Shown here: positions 44,381 to 53,859 of the stretch, piece by piece
How positions within the stretch are numbered: position 1 is the first letter of the stretch
Layout: each line of letters starts with the position of its first letter
Origin: Prochlorococcus sp. HOT208_60m_813L03
Lineage (GTDB): Bacteria > Cyanobacteriota > Cyanobacteriia > PCC-6307 > Cyanobiaceae
Assembly (NCBI GenBank): GCA_002026145.1
Contig: MWOQ01000179.1
Coordinates: 8,128-72,127, forward strand
Length of the DNA: 64,000 nucleotides
Direction: 5' to 3'
Program-made: the position numbers and the translations under genes
Notes under the pieces: generated by a model
Seen by the model: the letters and a program-made list of their open reading frames with translations, nothing else
Databases searched by the model: none
Told to the model about the DNA's origin: nothing

Positions 44381-45331
44381 ATGAAAGATCAAGTCTTGTT
44401 TCCTAAAATTGAAGTTCGTGAAAAGGGTTTTTTACAAGTAAGTGATATTCATACAATTTATTGGGAAAGATCTGGCAATCCAAATGGTAAAAAAATACTA
44501 GTTATTCATGGAGGCCCAGGAGGAGGAAGTCAACCAAGATATAGAAGATACTTTAATCCAGATAAATTTGATATTATACAATTTGATCAAAGGGGTTGCG
44601 GTTCTTCAACTCCTTTCTCCGAATTAAAAGAAAATACGACTAATCATTTAGTTGATGATATTGAGAAATTAAGGATTCTATTAAAAATAGATAGTTGGCA
44701 TTTGTTTGGTGGATCTTGGGGCTCAACACTTTCACTTATATATGCAATTAAAAATCCCTCAAGAGTTACGAGCTTAACTTTGAGAGGAATATTTTTATGT
44801 AGAAAGTTTGAATTATTGTGGTTCTATCAATATGGTGCAAGTGAGATATTCCCTGATGAATTTGAAGAATATATTTCTGTAATACCAAAAGAAGAAAGAA
44901 ATGATTTAATAAGTTCTTTTTATAAATATCTAACATCTTCAGATGCAAATCTTAGATCAAAAGCAGCAGCAGCTTGGACAAAATGGGAACTCTCAACTAG
45001 TCATTTAATAAATAAAAAATTTGATTTTGATAAGTCTCAAGTTAATTCTTTTTCAGATGCCTTTGCAAGGATCGAATGTCATTATTTTATTAATAATATT
45101 TTCTTAGAAGATGATTTTATTTTGAAAAATATAAGAGCAATAGAATCGATTCCAACAAAAATAATTCAAGGGAGGTATGACGTTGTATGTCCTGTTAGAA
45201 GTGCTTGGGATCTAAATAAGAAATTAAAGAATTCTGAATTAATTATTGTTAATGATGCTGGTCATTCAATGAGTGAAAAAGGTATTACTATCGAATTAAT
45301 AAAAGCTGTAAAAGGAATTCAAAATCTCTAA
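44381..45331 (+). CDS. pip: Proline iminopeptidase
   Basis: HGGPG, FDQRGCG, GGSWG, QGRYD, AGHS. Confidence 0.95.
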   Translation: MKDQVLFPKIEVREKGFLQVSDIHTIYWERSGNPNGKKILVIHGGPGGGSQPRYRRYFNPDKFDIIQFDQRGCGSSTPFSELKENTTNHLVDDIEKLRILLKIDSWHLFGGSWGSTLSLIYAIKNPSRVTSLTLRGIFLCRKFELLWFYQYGASEIFPDEFEEYISVIPKEERNDLISSFYKYLTSSDANLRSKAAAAWTKWELSTSHLINKKFDFDKSQVNSFSDAFARIECHYFINNIFLEDDFILKNIRAIESIPTKIIQGRYDVVCPVRSAWDLNKKLKNSELIIVNDAGHSMSEKGITIELIKAVKGIQNL

Positions 45332-45354
45332 AAGAGAGAATATCACTTTAAAAA

Positions 45355-45528
45355 TTAAAGGCCATTATCTTCAATATTTTGTGCAATACTCCTAAGAAGT
45401 TCGACGATATCAGAATCTTCGCATTGAGTATCTTCTTTAAGCAAAATGCAATCGTCTCTAATACTTACATTAGTACTCCACCATATACCTGAACTATTGG
45501 TATCATCCCATTCAAATCTTTCAGACAT
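45355..45528 (-). CDS. Small acidic protein (57 aa)
   Basis: MSERFEWDDTNSSGIWWSTNVSIRDDCILLKEDTQCEDSDIVELLRSIAQNIEDNGL*. Confidence 0.6.
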   Translation of the reverse strand: MSERFEWDDTNSSGIWWSTNVSIRDDCILLKEDTQCEDSDIVELLRSIAQNIEDNGL

Positions 45529-45655
45529 AATTAATAAATTCTAATAAATAAATTAAAGCTTGCATTACTTTATCGTGGATTTATATATTCGATTTCAAAA
45601 TTTAAAAAACTTACCTATTCACTAAAAAGAATCTGGAAATTTCTGACAATAAAAT

Positions 45656-47152
45656 TTAGAAATCTAATTTCAGTTCGTATTGAATTTCCTTTTCTTTAGA
45701 AACAATTTTTTTATTACTTATATTTTTTCTAAGCCTTTTTCTAGAACCATGTTTTAAATAAATTTCTTTTGATATATCCCAATATCCATCCTTTTTAGTG
45801 ATTTCCTGAATTTTCTTCTTTGCAGTTTTAGTGCTATTTGGGATGTCAATTATTGGTCTTATGTAATTAATTTGTTCATATTCTTCTTTATTAAATCTAG
45901 CTAATAGCCATGGTTCATGAATGAAATTAAGTGATATATCATTTAATTCTGGTATCCATTTTTTTATAAATTTTCCTTGAGGATCATGATCTTTTCCCTG
46001 CTTAATAGGATTATAAATTCTATTGGTATTGATAGATGTAGTTCCAGATTGCATTTGGCATTGGTTCCAATGTATTCCTGGCTCATAATCTACAAATTTA
46101 TTTGCTAATTCTGAACCTGAATCTTGCCATGGTAGCCATAAATTATAGCTAGCAAAAGACATTAACATAGCTCTCATCCTGAAGTTAATCCATCCATTGA
46201 AATTTAATGAGCGCATACATGCATCTATAAAAGGAAAGCCTGTATTACCTGAACTCCATGAATAAAGTAATTCATTATTTTTTTCTCTAATGTTTTTAAA
46301 AAAAGGATGGAATTCCTTAAACTCTAGTTCTGGTTCACTTTCAAGTTTCTGAATAAAATGACAATGCCAAGTTAATCTACTTTTTAACATCCTAGAATTA
46401 TTGTTTTTTGATATATTTGCTTTTTTAAATATTTCTTTTAATGAAATGCATCCCCAACAAATATATGGGGATAGTCTTGAACAACTATCAAATGATTTTT
46501 CTGGGCTAGAAATATCTTTTGAATAAGAATCTAATTTTTTCCTAAAGAAGTATTGCATTCTCTCTAAACCTCTATTTCTTCCACCTTGCATTCTTCCTGG
46601 ACAAGTTTCTTTCTTAAAGGGAAAAATTACGTCTGAGGGTATTTCTCCAACATCAAAGTTAATAGAATTAATTCTTAATGGAGCCTTAAAAAATTTTTTT
46701 TCGGCATTTTTTTGCCACTTTTTAGACCAATTATTCCTATCTAAATTTCCTCTAAAAACTGAAAATTGTAGAAATTCCTTCCAAATAATATTTTTGCTTA
46801 AAGACCATTCTCTTACTTTTTGATCTCTTTTATAAGTAAGCCAATCTCCGGTTTCTTGATGGCTATATATACCTTTGATTTTAAATTTTGAACTAATTTC
46901 ATCAAATATATTAATAACATTCCCAGTCCTAATAATTAATGGTTGTCCAATCTCAGCAAGTGCATTTCTTAAATCTATTAAACTTTCTTTGCAAAATTGC
47001 CATTGTCTATCTGAATGAGTATTTTGGCTCCAAATATCTAACTCAATAATATAAATAGGTAAGATATCATTATCTTTTAAAGCCTCACAGAGAGCTTCGT
47101 TATCAAAAATTCTTAAATCTTTCTTAAACCATAAGATATTTATTTCTTTCAT
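45656..47152 (-). CDS. Photolyase/cryptochrome-family protein
   Basis: WFKKDLRIFDN, SRLSPY, TGFPFIDACMR, RIYNP, DPQGKFIKKWIPEL. Confidence 0.9.
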   Translation of the reverse strand: MKEINILWFKKDLRIFDNEALCEALKDNDILPIYIIELDIWSQNTHSDRQWQFCKESLIDLRNALAEIGQPLIIRTGNVINIFDEISSKFKIKGIYSHQETGDWLTYKRDQKVREWSLSKNIIWKEFLQFSVFRGNLDRNNWSKKWQKNAEKKFFKAPLRINSINFDVGEIPSDVIFPFKKETCPGRMQGGRNRGLERMQYFFRKKLDSYSKDISSPEKSFDSCSRLSPYICWGCISLKEIFKKANISKNNNSRMLKSRLTWHCHFIQKLESEPELEFKEFHPFFKNIREKNNELLYSWSSGNTGFPFIDACMRSLNFNGWINFRMRAMLMSFASYNLWLPWQDSGSELANKFVDYEPGIHWNQCQMQSGTTSINTNRIYNPIKQGKDHDPQGKFIKKWIPELNDISLNFIHEPWLLARFNKEEYEQINYIRPIIDIPNSTKTAKKKIQEITKKDGYWDISKEIYLKHGSRKRLRKNISNKKIVSKEKEIQYELKLDF

Positions 47153-47238
47153 AATTTTTTCTTTTAATCTTAGAAAAATAAGATTAAGTTTGTAGGTAAA
47201 AAATATTAAAAATTTTAGAATAACTAAAAATCAAAAAA

Positions 47239-47862
47239 ATGAAAATAACAAAAAAACTTTGGGAGGATAATTATAAGATCGCATTACTAAGTTTAAATAC
47301 AAAATTTGTTCAAGGTTTAAAGAATGGAAGTCTCCCTAAAAAAATATTTCAAGAATACTTAGCTCAAGATTATTTCTTTTTAGAGACTTTTGCTAAGGCT
47401 TATGGTCTTGCTGTTTCCAAATCAAAAGATAAGTACTCAATTAGGAAGTTAAGTGAACTGTTAATGGGCGTTTCAGAGGAGTTAATACTTCATGAAACGT
47501 ATGCAAAAGAATGGGATATTGATTTGTCTAATAACTATATAAAAAAAGCCACTAAAAATTATACAGATTTTCTTGATGATACTTCCAAAAAACTTAGCTC
47601 CATTGAAATAATGTTTGCAATGACTCCATGTATGCGACTTTATTCTTGGATAGGAAAAAGTTTGTATGAAGAGGATTTTGACATTAAATATAAAGAATGG
47701 ATAATTACTTATTCTAATGAGAGCTTTGAAAAGCTAGCAGCTTCGCTTGAAAATCTTATTGAGACTAATAAAGAAACATATGACATTAATCAGGCCAAAT
47801 ATTTATACAGGAGAGCTATGGAATTGGAGTTAGATTTTTTTAATGCATATTCAGATTTCTGA
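47239..47862 (+). CDS. tenA: TenA-family thiamine salvage protein
   Basis: YLAQDYFFL, PCMRLY, WIITYS, ELDFF; next to thiD. Confidence 0.88.
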   Translation: MKITKKLWEDNYKIALLSLNTKFVQGLKNGSLPKKIFQEYLAQDYFFLETFAKAYGLAVSKSKDKYSIRKLSELLMGVSEELILHETYAKEWDIDLSNNYIKKATKNYTDFLDDTSKKLSSIEIMFAMTPCMRLYSWIGKSLYEEDFDIKYKEWIITYSNESFEKLAASLENLIETNKETYDINQAKYLYRRAMELELDFFNAYSDF

Positions 47863-47911
47863 TTTAAATTAAAATTTATTTATAGTACTTTCAAAAACGA
47901 GTTAATAAATT

Positions 47912-48691
47912 ATGTATTCTAAAATTGCACTTTCAATAGGCGGTAGTGACTCAGGGGGTGGGGCAGGCGTACAGGCTGACTTGAGAACTTTCATGGCCCT
48001 TAAAGTACATGGATGTTCTGTTATTACATGTATTACCGCACAAAATAGTATAGAGGTTACATGCGTTCAACCCGTAGAGAAGAATACTTTATTAAATCAG
48101 TTAGATACTTTATTTGCTGACTTTGGTATTGATGCCTTAAAAACTGGAATGTTATTAAATGAAAGAATAATTAATGATACTGCTTCAAAATTAAATACAT
48201 ACAAAATAACCAAAATTATTGACCCAGTAATGGTTACAAGAACTGGTTCTAAATTACTGGAAGATTCTGCTATTAATGCTTATAAAAAACTCTTATTACC
48301 AATTGCTGATTTGGTAACTCCAAATATTTATGAAGCAAATCTACTTTCTGGTTTAGAAATAAGGAGTAAAGAAGATATCGAAAATTCAGCAAGAAAAATT
48401 ATTGGTCTTGGAGCTAAAGCGGTACTTATAAAAGGTGGCGGTTTAAAAAATATGAAAGGGAAGGATTTTTTCCTTGACTTAAATGGTAGAAAAGAGTGGC
48501 TATTTAATAATTTTATAAATACAAAAAATACCCACGGAAGTGGCTGTACTTTGAGTGCTGCTATTTGTGGTTACAGGGCTTTAGGTTTTGATCTATTTGA
48601 TTCCATACAAAAAGCAAAATTATTTGTTGAGAAATCTTTAGACAATTCTTATAAAATAGGCTCTGGCCCTGGTCCCTTAGGCCATCATTAA
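47912..48691 (+). CDS. thiD: Hydroxymethylpyrimidine/phosphomethylpyrimidine kinase
   Basis: GSDSGGGAGVQADL, KTGML, DPVM, TPN, THGSGCTLS. Confidence 0.95.
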   Translation: MYSKIALSIGGSDSGGGAGVQADLRTFMALKVHGCSVITCITAQNSIEVTCVQPVEKNTLLNQLDTLFADFGIDALKTGMLLNERIINDTASKLNTYKITKIIDPVMVTRTGSKLLEDSAINAYKKLLLPIADLVTPNIYEANLLSGLEIRSKEDIENSARKIIGLGAKAVLIKGGGLKNMKGKDFFLDLNGRKEWLFNNFINTKNTHGSGCTLSAAICGYRALGFDLFDSIQKAKLFVEKSLDNSYKIGSGPGPLGHH

Positions 48692-48709
48692 TTATTTATA
48701 GAAGTGGAG

Positions 48710-48895
48710 TTAGAACCACCATTTCCTGTAGGGCTTTTTTAAAAATAAGATTTCTTCAGTCTCCCATCCACCCTCCAACCACTCAAGATGCTCAAGTAAT
48801 AAAGACTCACTTTCCCTTTTGCTTAATTGCCCAATTCTATTAGCAATACCATCAAACCTTACTTTCATCAATTCCTCAATCTTGATGTTATTCAT
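48710..48895 (-). CDS. Hypothetical protein
   Basis: ORF track. Confidence 0.55.
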   Translation of the reverse strand: MNNIKIEELMKVRFDGIANRIGQLSKRESESLLLEHLEWLEGGWETEEILFLKKPYRKWWF

Positions 48896-49077
48896 AGGTT
48901 AAATAATAAATTTTTTCTACTCTTACTTGTATACATTTTCTTGTCAACGATTTAATTTTATTTGTTTACTAGCATTTCTTAAATATGTATAAAATACAAC
49001 TTTTTAAAACAGATAGTAATTAAGACTTATTCACATAGATTTAATTAAAGACTAATTTATATAAAAATACTTTAACT

Positions 49078-49221
49078 ATGAATAAAAAAGAAACAGCAAA
49101 GCAAAAAACTATTTTAAATGTAGGCTATTGTGAAACGACCTCTGAATGGCTCAATAGAATCATTACTGAACTGGCAGATGAAAATAAAAATTTTGTAGAT
49201 TTGTCAGTTATTTGTGCTTAA
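49078..49221 (+). CDS. Microprotein (47 aa)
   Basis: MNKKETAKQKTILNVGYCETTSEWLNRIITELADENKNFVDLSVICA*. Confidence 0.5.
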   Translation: MNKKETAKQKTILNVGYCETTSEWLNRIITELADENKNFVDLSVICA

Positions 49222-49300
49222 TTTTTTAGAAAATATAGTTTTTTTGATTTTTTTCAGTTAGCTTTTAATTATAAGAGAAATTTAAAAGATATTTTGTGAT

Positions 49301-49768
49301 GTGAATCCTAATAAAAAAAACATAGAAATAATTAAACAATTCAATTTATCTCCTCACCCTGAGGGTGGATGGTTTAGAGAGATAGTGAGGAGTGATAATT
49401 CTCTAATAAGGGAAGATGGCCAAAGTAGAAACTTTATTACGGGAATTTATTATCTTTTGGAGAGAGACGCAAAAAGTGCTTGGCACAGAGTAAAAAATGC
49501 TGATGAAATTTGGATTTATTTAAGGGGCGATCCTCTGAATTTATGGTGCCTAGATAATGATAATAAGTTAATAAGAAATTTAATTTTAGATTCCAATAAT
49601 CCAGTAGAAATGATCCCATCTGGATATTGGCAAGCTGCAAAAAGTACAGGCGAATTTACTTTAGTGAGTTGTTGTGTTGGCCCGGGTTTTGATTTTAAGG
49701 ATTTTGAATTACTCAGAAATACAAATCATACTTCTAGATTGGATAAAGCAATTAATGATCTTATTTGA
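49301..49768 (+). CDS. Cupin (DUF985/cupin_5) protein
   Basis: L.PHPEGGWFRE, IYYLL, SAWHRV, DEIW, WQAA, VGPGFDF.DF. Confidence 0.9.
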   Translation: MNPNKKNIEIIKQFNLSPHPEGGWFREIVRSDNSLIREDGQSRNFITGIYYLLERDAKSAWHRVKNADEIWIYLRGDPLNLWCLDNDNKLIRNLILDSNNPVEMIPSGYWQAAKSTGEFTLVSCCVGPGFDFKDFELLRNTNHTSRLDKAINDLI

Positions 49769-49838
49769 GACATTTTTTTGTTTGTATTTTTGAAATTATC
49801 CTCTAGATTTATAAGGCTACTCAATCAATCTATATTTA

Positions 49839-50216
49839 ATGAGTCAAAATTCTGTCAAAACAATTGGTATTAATGATGAACCAAGAAAAGATTCATACTT
49901 AGTATATGTAAATCAGGCTGATGGATTAAAAGGCATCCTTAATAGGGATTTTGATGATTGGTCGAATTTTGATGGTTGGGAAAGTATTTCAGTTCAGCAA
50001 TGGATTTTTTCTAGAGCTTTGGAGGTTTTCAGAGGTAAGAAAATTGATATTAAATGCGACTGTTGTAAACATAATGATTTAATCCCAAATGATTTTGAGA
50101 GTATTAAAAAAGAAAAATGTTTTGGTAAAAAAAGTGCTTACATGATTGAAAAAGTTGTAGATGAAATTGTATTAGCTAAGGCAAGAAGAGAAAGTGATGG
50201 AACATATTCTGCGTAA
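49839..50216 (+). CDS. Hypothetical protein
   Basis: ORF track; CDCC motif. Confidence 0.7.
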   Translation: MSQNSVKTIGINDEPRKDSYLVYVNQADGLKGILNRDFDDWSNFDGWESISVQQWIFSRALEVFRGKKIDIKCDCCKHNDLIPNDFESIKKEKCFGKKSAYMIEKVVDEIVLAKARRESDGTYSA

Positions 50217-50252
50217 GATTCATAAATATATATGGAGTGAAAAATCTTTTAC

Positions 50253-50441
50253 TTACCAGTGAAAATTATCAGAAGAACCAATCGTTAAATTTCTAGTGGA
50301 CATCTTATGGAACTTAAAGTGTACCGAATCACTGAACTCCTTTTCATCTGAGTAATTAACAAGATCCACTGGGTCGATGTTTTCATCGAACCATGCATCA
50401 TATTCAATATGGTTTGGTTCAGCAAAATAACTCATATCCAA
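50253..50441 (-). CDS. Small acidic hypothetical protein
   Basis: ORF track. Confidence 0.55.
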   Translation of the reverse strand: MDMSYFAEPNHIEYDAWFDENIDPVDLVNYSDEKEFSDSVHFKFHKMSTRNLTIGSSDNFHW

Positions 50442-50575
50442 TTAATAGCTTTTAAAAAACATATAAACGGTACAAGCGATACCAAATTAACATTATTAAT
50501 TTTTAGATAATCCATATTTTTAACTTATTCATAAAGATTAGTTGCTAGAAAGATAGGAGAAATATCTATAAATTA

Positions 50576-50929
50576 ATGTCTCTTGATACAACCATGGTTT
50601 CAATCCATCCCCACTTCACAATCAAGGATGGGAAGATGGACCAGTGCATAGCTCTTTTAGAAGAAATTTTGGTACTGACAAAAGCTAATGAACCTGACTG
50701 CCTTTTTTTTAATATCACTACATGCGGTTCAGATAAGGCTTATGTAAGAGAGGCATATAAAGATGGTGCCGCCGCTTTATTTCATCTCAAAAATATGGGA
50801 CATATGATTCCGAAGCTTTTTGAAGTGTCAGATATTACTGTGCAGGTCCAAGGCCCTCCCAAGGAGATTGAACCCTTGAAGGAAATACTGCCAGACGCTG
50901 ATTTCTATGAAGCAATATCTGGATTCTGA
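50576..50929 (+). CDS. ABM-like (dimeric alpha/beta barrel) protein
   Basis: IHPHFTIKDGK...NEPDCLFF...REAYKD..AAL.HL pattern. Confidence 0.7.
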   Translation: MSLDTTMVSIHPHFTIKDGKMDQCIALLEEILVLTKANEPDCLFFNITTCGSDKAYVREAYKDGAAALFHLKNMGHMIPKLFEVSDITVQVQGPPKEIEPLKEILPDADFYEAISGF

Positions 50930-51059
50930 TTTAGATTGTATATATTGACAATCGATCGCTAGGCGCTTTTAGCCCCCTTTTTATTTAGGAATTCAAAATA
51001 AAATAATCATCCCTTTACTTATATCAAGTAACTTTATTATCAGCTCAAATATTATTTTT

Positions 51060-51407
51060 ATGGCATCAACTTTTTATATCGTTCATCATGAATTTAAGGC
51101 AGGAAAAGCTGAAAAATGGTGGGAAACAGCTTATGCGGCAATGTCACCAGGTGGTGGATGGGATGATGCGGTAGCAGCTAATAAAGAAAAAGGATTTTTT
51201 AACCATTCTGCAAATGCCGTAACTAAAAATGGTCCTGTATATTGTTTTTGGGAAGTAAAAGAGGGTATTTCAGCTGAGGAGTTTCAGGAATTTATAGACG
51301 GTCCCTCTGGTCCAGGTTTCGGACAAGATGCTTTGATGAATATCTGTAAATCAATTGATACATCATTAATGAATGGACAAACACCTTATCCACCAGTTTT
51401 TTCTTGA
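51060..51407 (+). CDS. Hypothetical protein, probable dimeric alpha/beta barrel
   Basis: FYIVHHEFK.G...YCFWE pattern. Confidence 0.6.
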   Translation: MASTFYIVHHEFKAGKAEKWWETAYAAMSPGGGWDDAVAANKEKGFFNHSANAVTKNGPVYCFWEVKEGISAEEFQEFIDGPSGPGFGQDALMNICKSIDTSLMNGQTPYPPVFS

Positions 51408-51454
51408 TTATTGACATTCTATCTAGAATAGGGATCAATTAGCTCCTTTTTATT

Positions 51455-51733
51455 ATGTCTCTTGAAACTACCGTTTTCACATTCAAAATTAGTGTCCCTT
51501 TTGAAGAATGGGCTGCGGTTTATGACAGCGAAGAAAATATACAAATGAATAAAGAGCGCGGAATTATTTGCTTATACAAAGGTGTAAAGAAAGATGATCC
51601 AACAAGTGTAATTCTAATTGAGCAGGGTGAAGAAGGTAAATCAATAGCTATGTTTGAAGATCCTGCAGTGAAACCATTAATTGAGAGTGCGGGTCATATT
51701 TACGATTCAACGGTTATATCCAGTTATTTTTAA
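51455..51733 (+). CDS. DUF3764-like protein
   Basis: ETTVFTFKIS.PFEEW..VYD...LYKGV.KDDP...IE..GHIYDST. Confidence 0.7.
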   Translation: MSLETTVFTFKISVPFEEWAAVYDSEENIQMNKERGIICLYKGVKKDDPTSVILIEQGEEGKSIAMFEDPAVKPLIESAGHIYDSTVISSYF

Positions 51734-52228
51734 GTGAAAAGCTTAATTTTTTTTATAATATTATTATTATTTCCTTTTTCTGCTCAAGCTGGTTTTCCAG
51801 AAGGTGAGAATGGATATGATCTAAAAAAAATTGAAGAGTCTTTTAGATTACCTTGTAATGAAATTGGAAATGATGATTGTATTGCAAGAGCATTAGGAGT
51901 TGGTGCCTGTACCTGGATATTTGGAATAAACAAAGATAAAGAACCTGCGGAAGCTTTAAAAATTTCAGATACTGTTTTAATTGCTCTTATGAAAGGAAAT
52001 AATCTTGATTTAAAATCAATGTTTGAAAAAGATGGATTAATTAAAATGAATATAAAAAAAGAAGCTACTTATAGAATTAATTTCTGCAGAGAGGCAACAA
52101 AAAAAGCTATTCCAAAGTTAATTAAGAAATTACCAGAGGGTGTTGTATTGGATGAAGAGAGAGTAGAAAATTTAACCAGAGTGTTCCCTCTGCAGTATTT
52201 AAGTATGTTTGAGCAATTTAGCAAATAA
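51734..52228 (+). CDS. Secreted Cys-containing hypothetical protein
   Basis: Signal peptide ending AQA; four Cys; abuts the upstream gene. Confidence 0.65.
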   Translation: MKSLIFFIILLLFPFSAQAGFPEGENGYDLKKIEESFRLPCNEIGNDDCIARALGVGACTWIFGINKDKEPAEALKISDTVLIALMKGNNLDLKSMFEKDGLIKMNIKKEATYRINFCREATKKAIPKLIKKLPEGVVLDEERVENLTRVFPLQYLSMFEQFSK

Positions 52229-52233
52229 AAGCA

Positions 52234-52383
52234 ATGAAGCTTTTATTATTGACTCCTATATTCAAACGTTTTAAAAAAAGTGCTTTTTTCTCATCACTTA
52301 ATCAGAATACTTGTCCTGTTTATGATGCTGAAGAAATAAAAAAACAAGAACAACAAGAAGCTATTAGAAAATTATACCCATAA
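52234..52383 (+). CDS. Microprotein (49 aa)
   Basis: MKLLLLTPIFKRFKKSAFFSSLNQNTCPVYDAEEIKKQEQQEAIRKLYP*. Confidence 0.5.
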   Translation: MKLLLLTPIFKRFKKSAFFSSLNQNTCPVYDAEEIKKQEQQEAIRKLYP

Positions 52384-52453
52384 AAAAAGGGCGATAGCTT
52401 TGCCCTGTCAAAAAGCAGGATAATCCCCATCACCCGGCCTTTTTAAAATCCTA

Positions 52454-52469
52454 GCACTACATATAGTGT
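52454..52469. promoter_or_regulatory. NrdR-box-like palindrome
   Basis: GCACTACATATAGTGT versus consensus acaCwAtATaTwGtgt. Confidence 0.4.
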
Positions 52470-52499
52470 TTGTAAGTAATAAAAACTTACTATTGGTGG

Positions 52500-52570
52500 A
52501 GTTGTTTGTTTCTAATTAATTTGTCATGATGGGGATCCCCATCACTCAGGCTCGCAAGGGTCTTTTTTTA
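52500..52570 (+). ncRNA. Candidate ~70-nt sRNA or attenuator leader
   Basis: -10 TACTAT at 52488-52493; hairpin TGATGGG-GATC-CCCATCA; terminator AGGCTC-GCAA-GGGTCT followed by a T-run. Confidence 0.5.
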
Positions 52571-52960
52571 ATGTCTAGTTTTGGATCAGATACTCCATTC
52601 ATGCTTCTTGCAAAACTTAAAGTTAAGGAAGATAAGGTTGCAGAATACTTAGAAATTGCAGATAAGACAGATAAAGCTGTTGAAGCTGACGAACCAGGAA
52701 TGCTCCATCATACTTTTGATCAAGACCCTGATGATCCTCTTCGTTTCGTATGGTCAGAAGTTTATAAAAATGATGATGCTTTACTAGCTCATTTAGCTAA
52801 TCCAGCATTAGGTGTTTATCTTGAGGCTCATTCTGAACTGGGGTCTGATCTTTCTGTTGAATTTTACGGAACTGTGGGAGATAAAGTTATTGAAGCCATG
52901 AACGGAACAGGAGTTCCATATAAGATCTTTAAAACAAAATTTGGTTATAGCAGAGTATAA
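52571..52960 (+). CDS. Antibiotic biosynthesis monooxygenase (ABM) family protein
   Basis: LLAKLKVKEDKVAEY...EADEPGMLHHTFDQDPDDP..FVWSEVYKNDDALLAHL. Confidence 0.8.
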   Translation: MSSFGSDTPFMLLAKLKVKEDKVAEYLEIADKTDKAVEADEPGMLHHTFDQDPDDPLRFVWSEVYKNDDALLAHLANPALGVYLEAHSELGSDLSVEFYGTVGDKVIEAMNGTGVPYKIFKTKFGYSRV

Positions 52961-52988
52961 GGATAAGGGTATTAACTAACTAGTTCGA

Positions 52989-53108
52989 CTAAATTATTAA
53001 TAGGAATCTGAGTGCTAGAGGTAACCACAGACATAAAAGAAGCAATAGTAAAAGGGTAATTGCATGAATATTAGGAATGTATTGCTCTTTTAAAATTTGT
53101 GTCTTCAT
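52989..53108 (-). CDS. Microprotein (39 aa, Leu-rich TM)
   Basis: MKTQILKEQYIPNIHAITLLLLLLLCLWLPLALRFLLII*. Confidence 0.35.
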   Translation of the reverse strand: MKTQILKEQYIPNIHAITLLLLLLLCLWLPLALRFLLII

Positions 53109-53342
53109 AATCTATCTAGCCTTCTTAAGTTTGATTTCTCTTCTGATAAGCAGAGCTATAACTACAATACACATGTTCATTAGAAATACGTCTAATGGCA
53201 TTTGATAAAAAAGTCTCTACTCAATTAATAGCAAGATTTTTGATCTACGAATCAAGAAATGAATACTAATATTTATTGACTTAATAAAACGAATTTAAAA
53301 ATTAAATTTATGCTTAAATATCTCAGAACTTTTAACTATTAA

Positions 53343-53645
53343 ATGGCTTATTCAGAAACAAGAATAGTAATAGGTGGTCTAGCCCATGTACCTGTTCTTA
53401 TTTTTATAGCCAATTTTATAAAAGGTAAGTTTGGAATTAAAACTGAAGAGACAAAAGATACCTTAGTTAAAGAAAAGCCTGTTAAAAATATAGAACTAAA
53501 AAATACCGTTATTAAAGAAGAAAAAGCAGAAACTTTAAAGGAACTATCAAACAAGCTGGATAATATTGAACAGAAGGCTGAGGAGGTTTATGAAAAGGTA
53601 AAGAAGAAAAAGAAAGAGAAGAAGAAGAAGAAAAAAAAAGAATAG
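53343..53645 (+). CDS. Hypothetical protein with N-terminal TM and poly-Lys tail
   Basis: ORF track. Confidence 0.6.
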   Translation: MAYSETRIVIGGLAHVPVLIFIANFIKGKFGIKTEETKDTLVKEKPVKNIELKNTVIKEEKAETLKELSNKLDNIEQKAEEVYEKVKKKKKEKKKKKKKE

Positions 53646-53843
53646 CTAAATTGAGATACTATCAAGCATCAATACATCTTGAGCTTTGATTGTATCTTTC
53701 TTATCTTCGTCTTCGGGATCTTTATAAGATTCAATTTCAGCTTGAATTTTTCTCTTGTAAACTCCTTTGACATAGTCCATTTCTCTTTTGTCTTTGTCCA
53801 GAATTGAGAATGGTGATCTTTTTAAGTACATAACTTTTTCCAA
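53646..53843 (-). CDS. Hypothetical protein
   Basis: ORF track. Confidence 0.55.
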   Translation of the reverse strand: MEKVMYLKRSPFSILDKDKREMDYVKGVYKRKIQAEIESYKDPEDEDKKDTIKAQDVLMLDSISI

Positions 53844-53859
53844 AATAAATAAAATTTAA

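Noticed and set aside
47153..47238. TPP riboswitch upstream of tenA-thiD
   Set aside because: The spacer is only 86 bp of AT-rich DNA with no CTGAGA core.
52526..52570. Longer N-terminus for the ABM gene (MMGIPITQARKG...)
   Set aside because: It runs through the hairpin and terminator; ATG 52571 fits the domain start.
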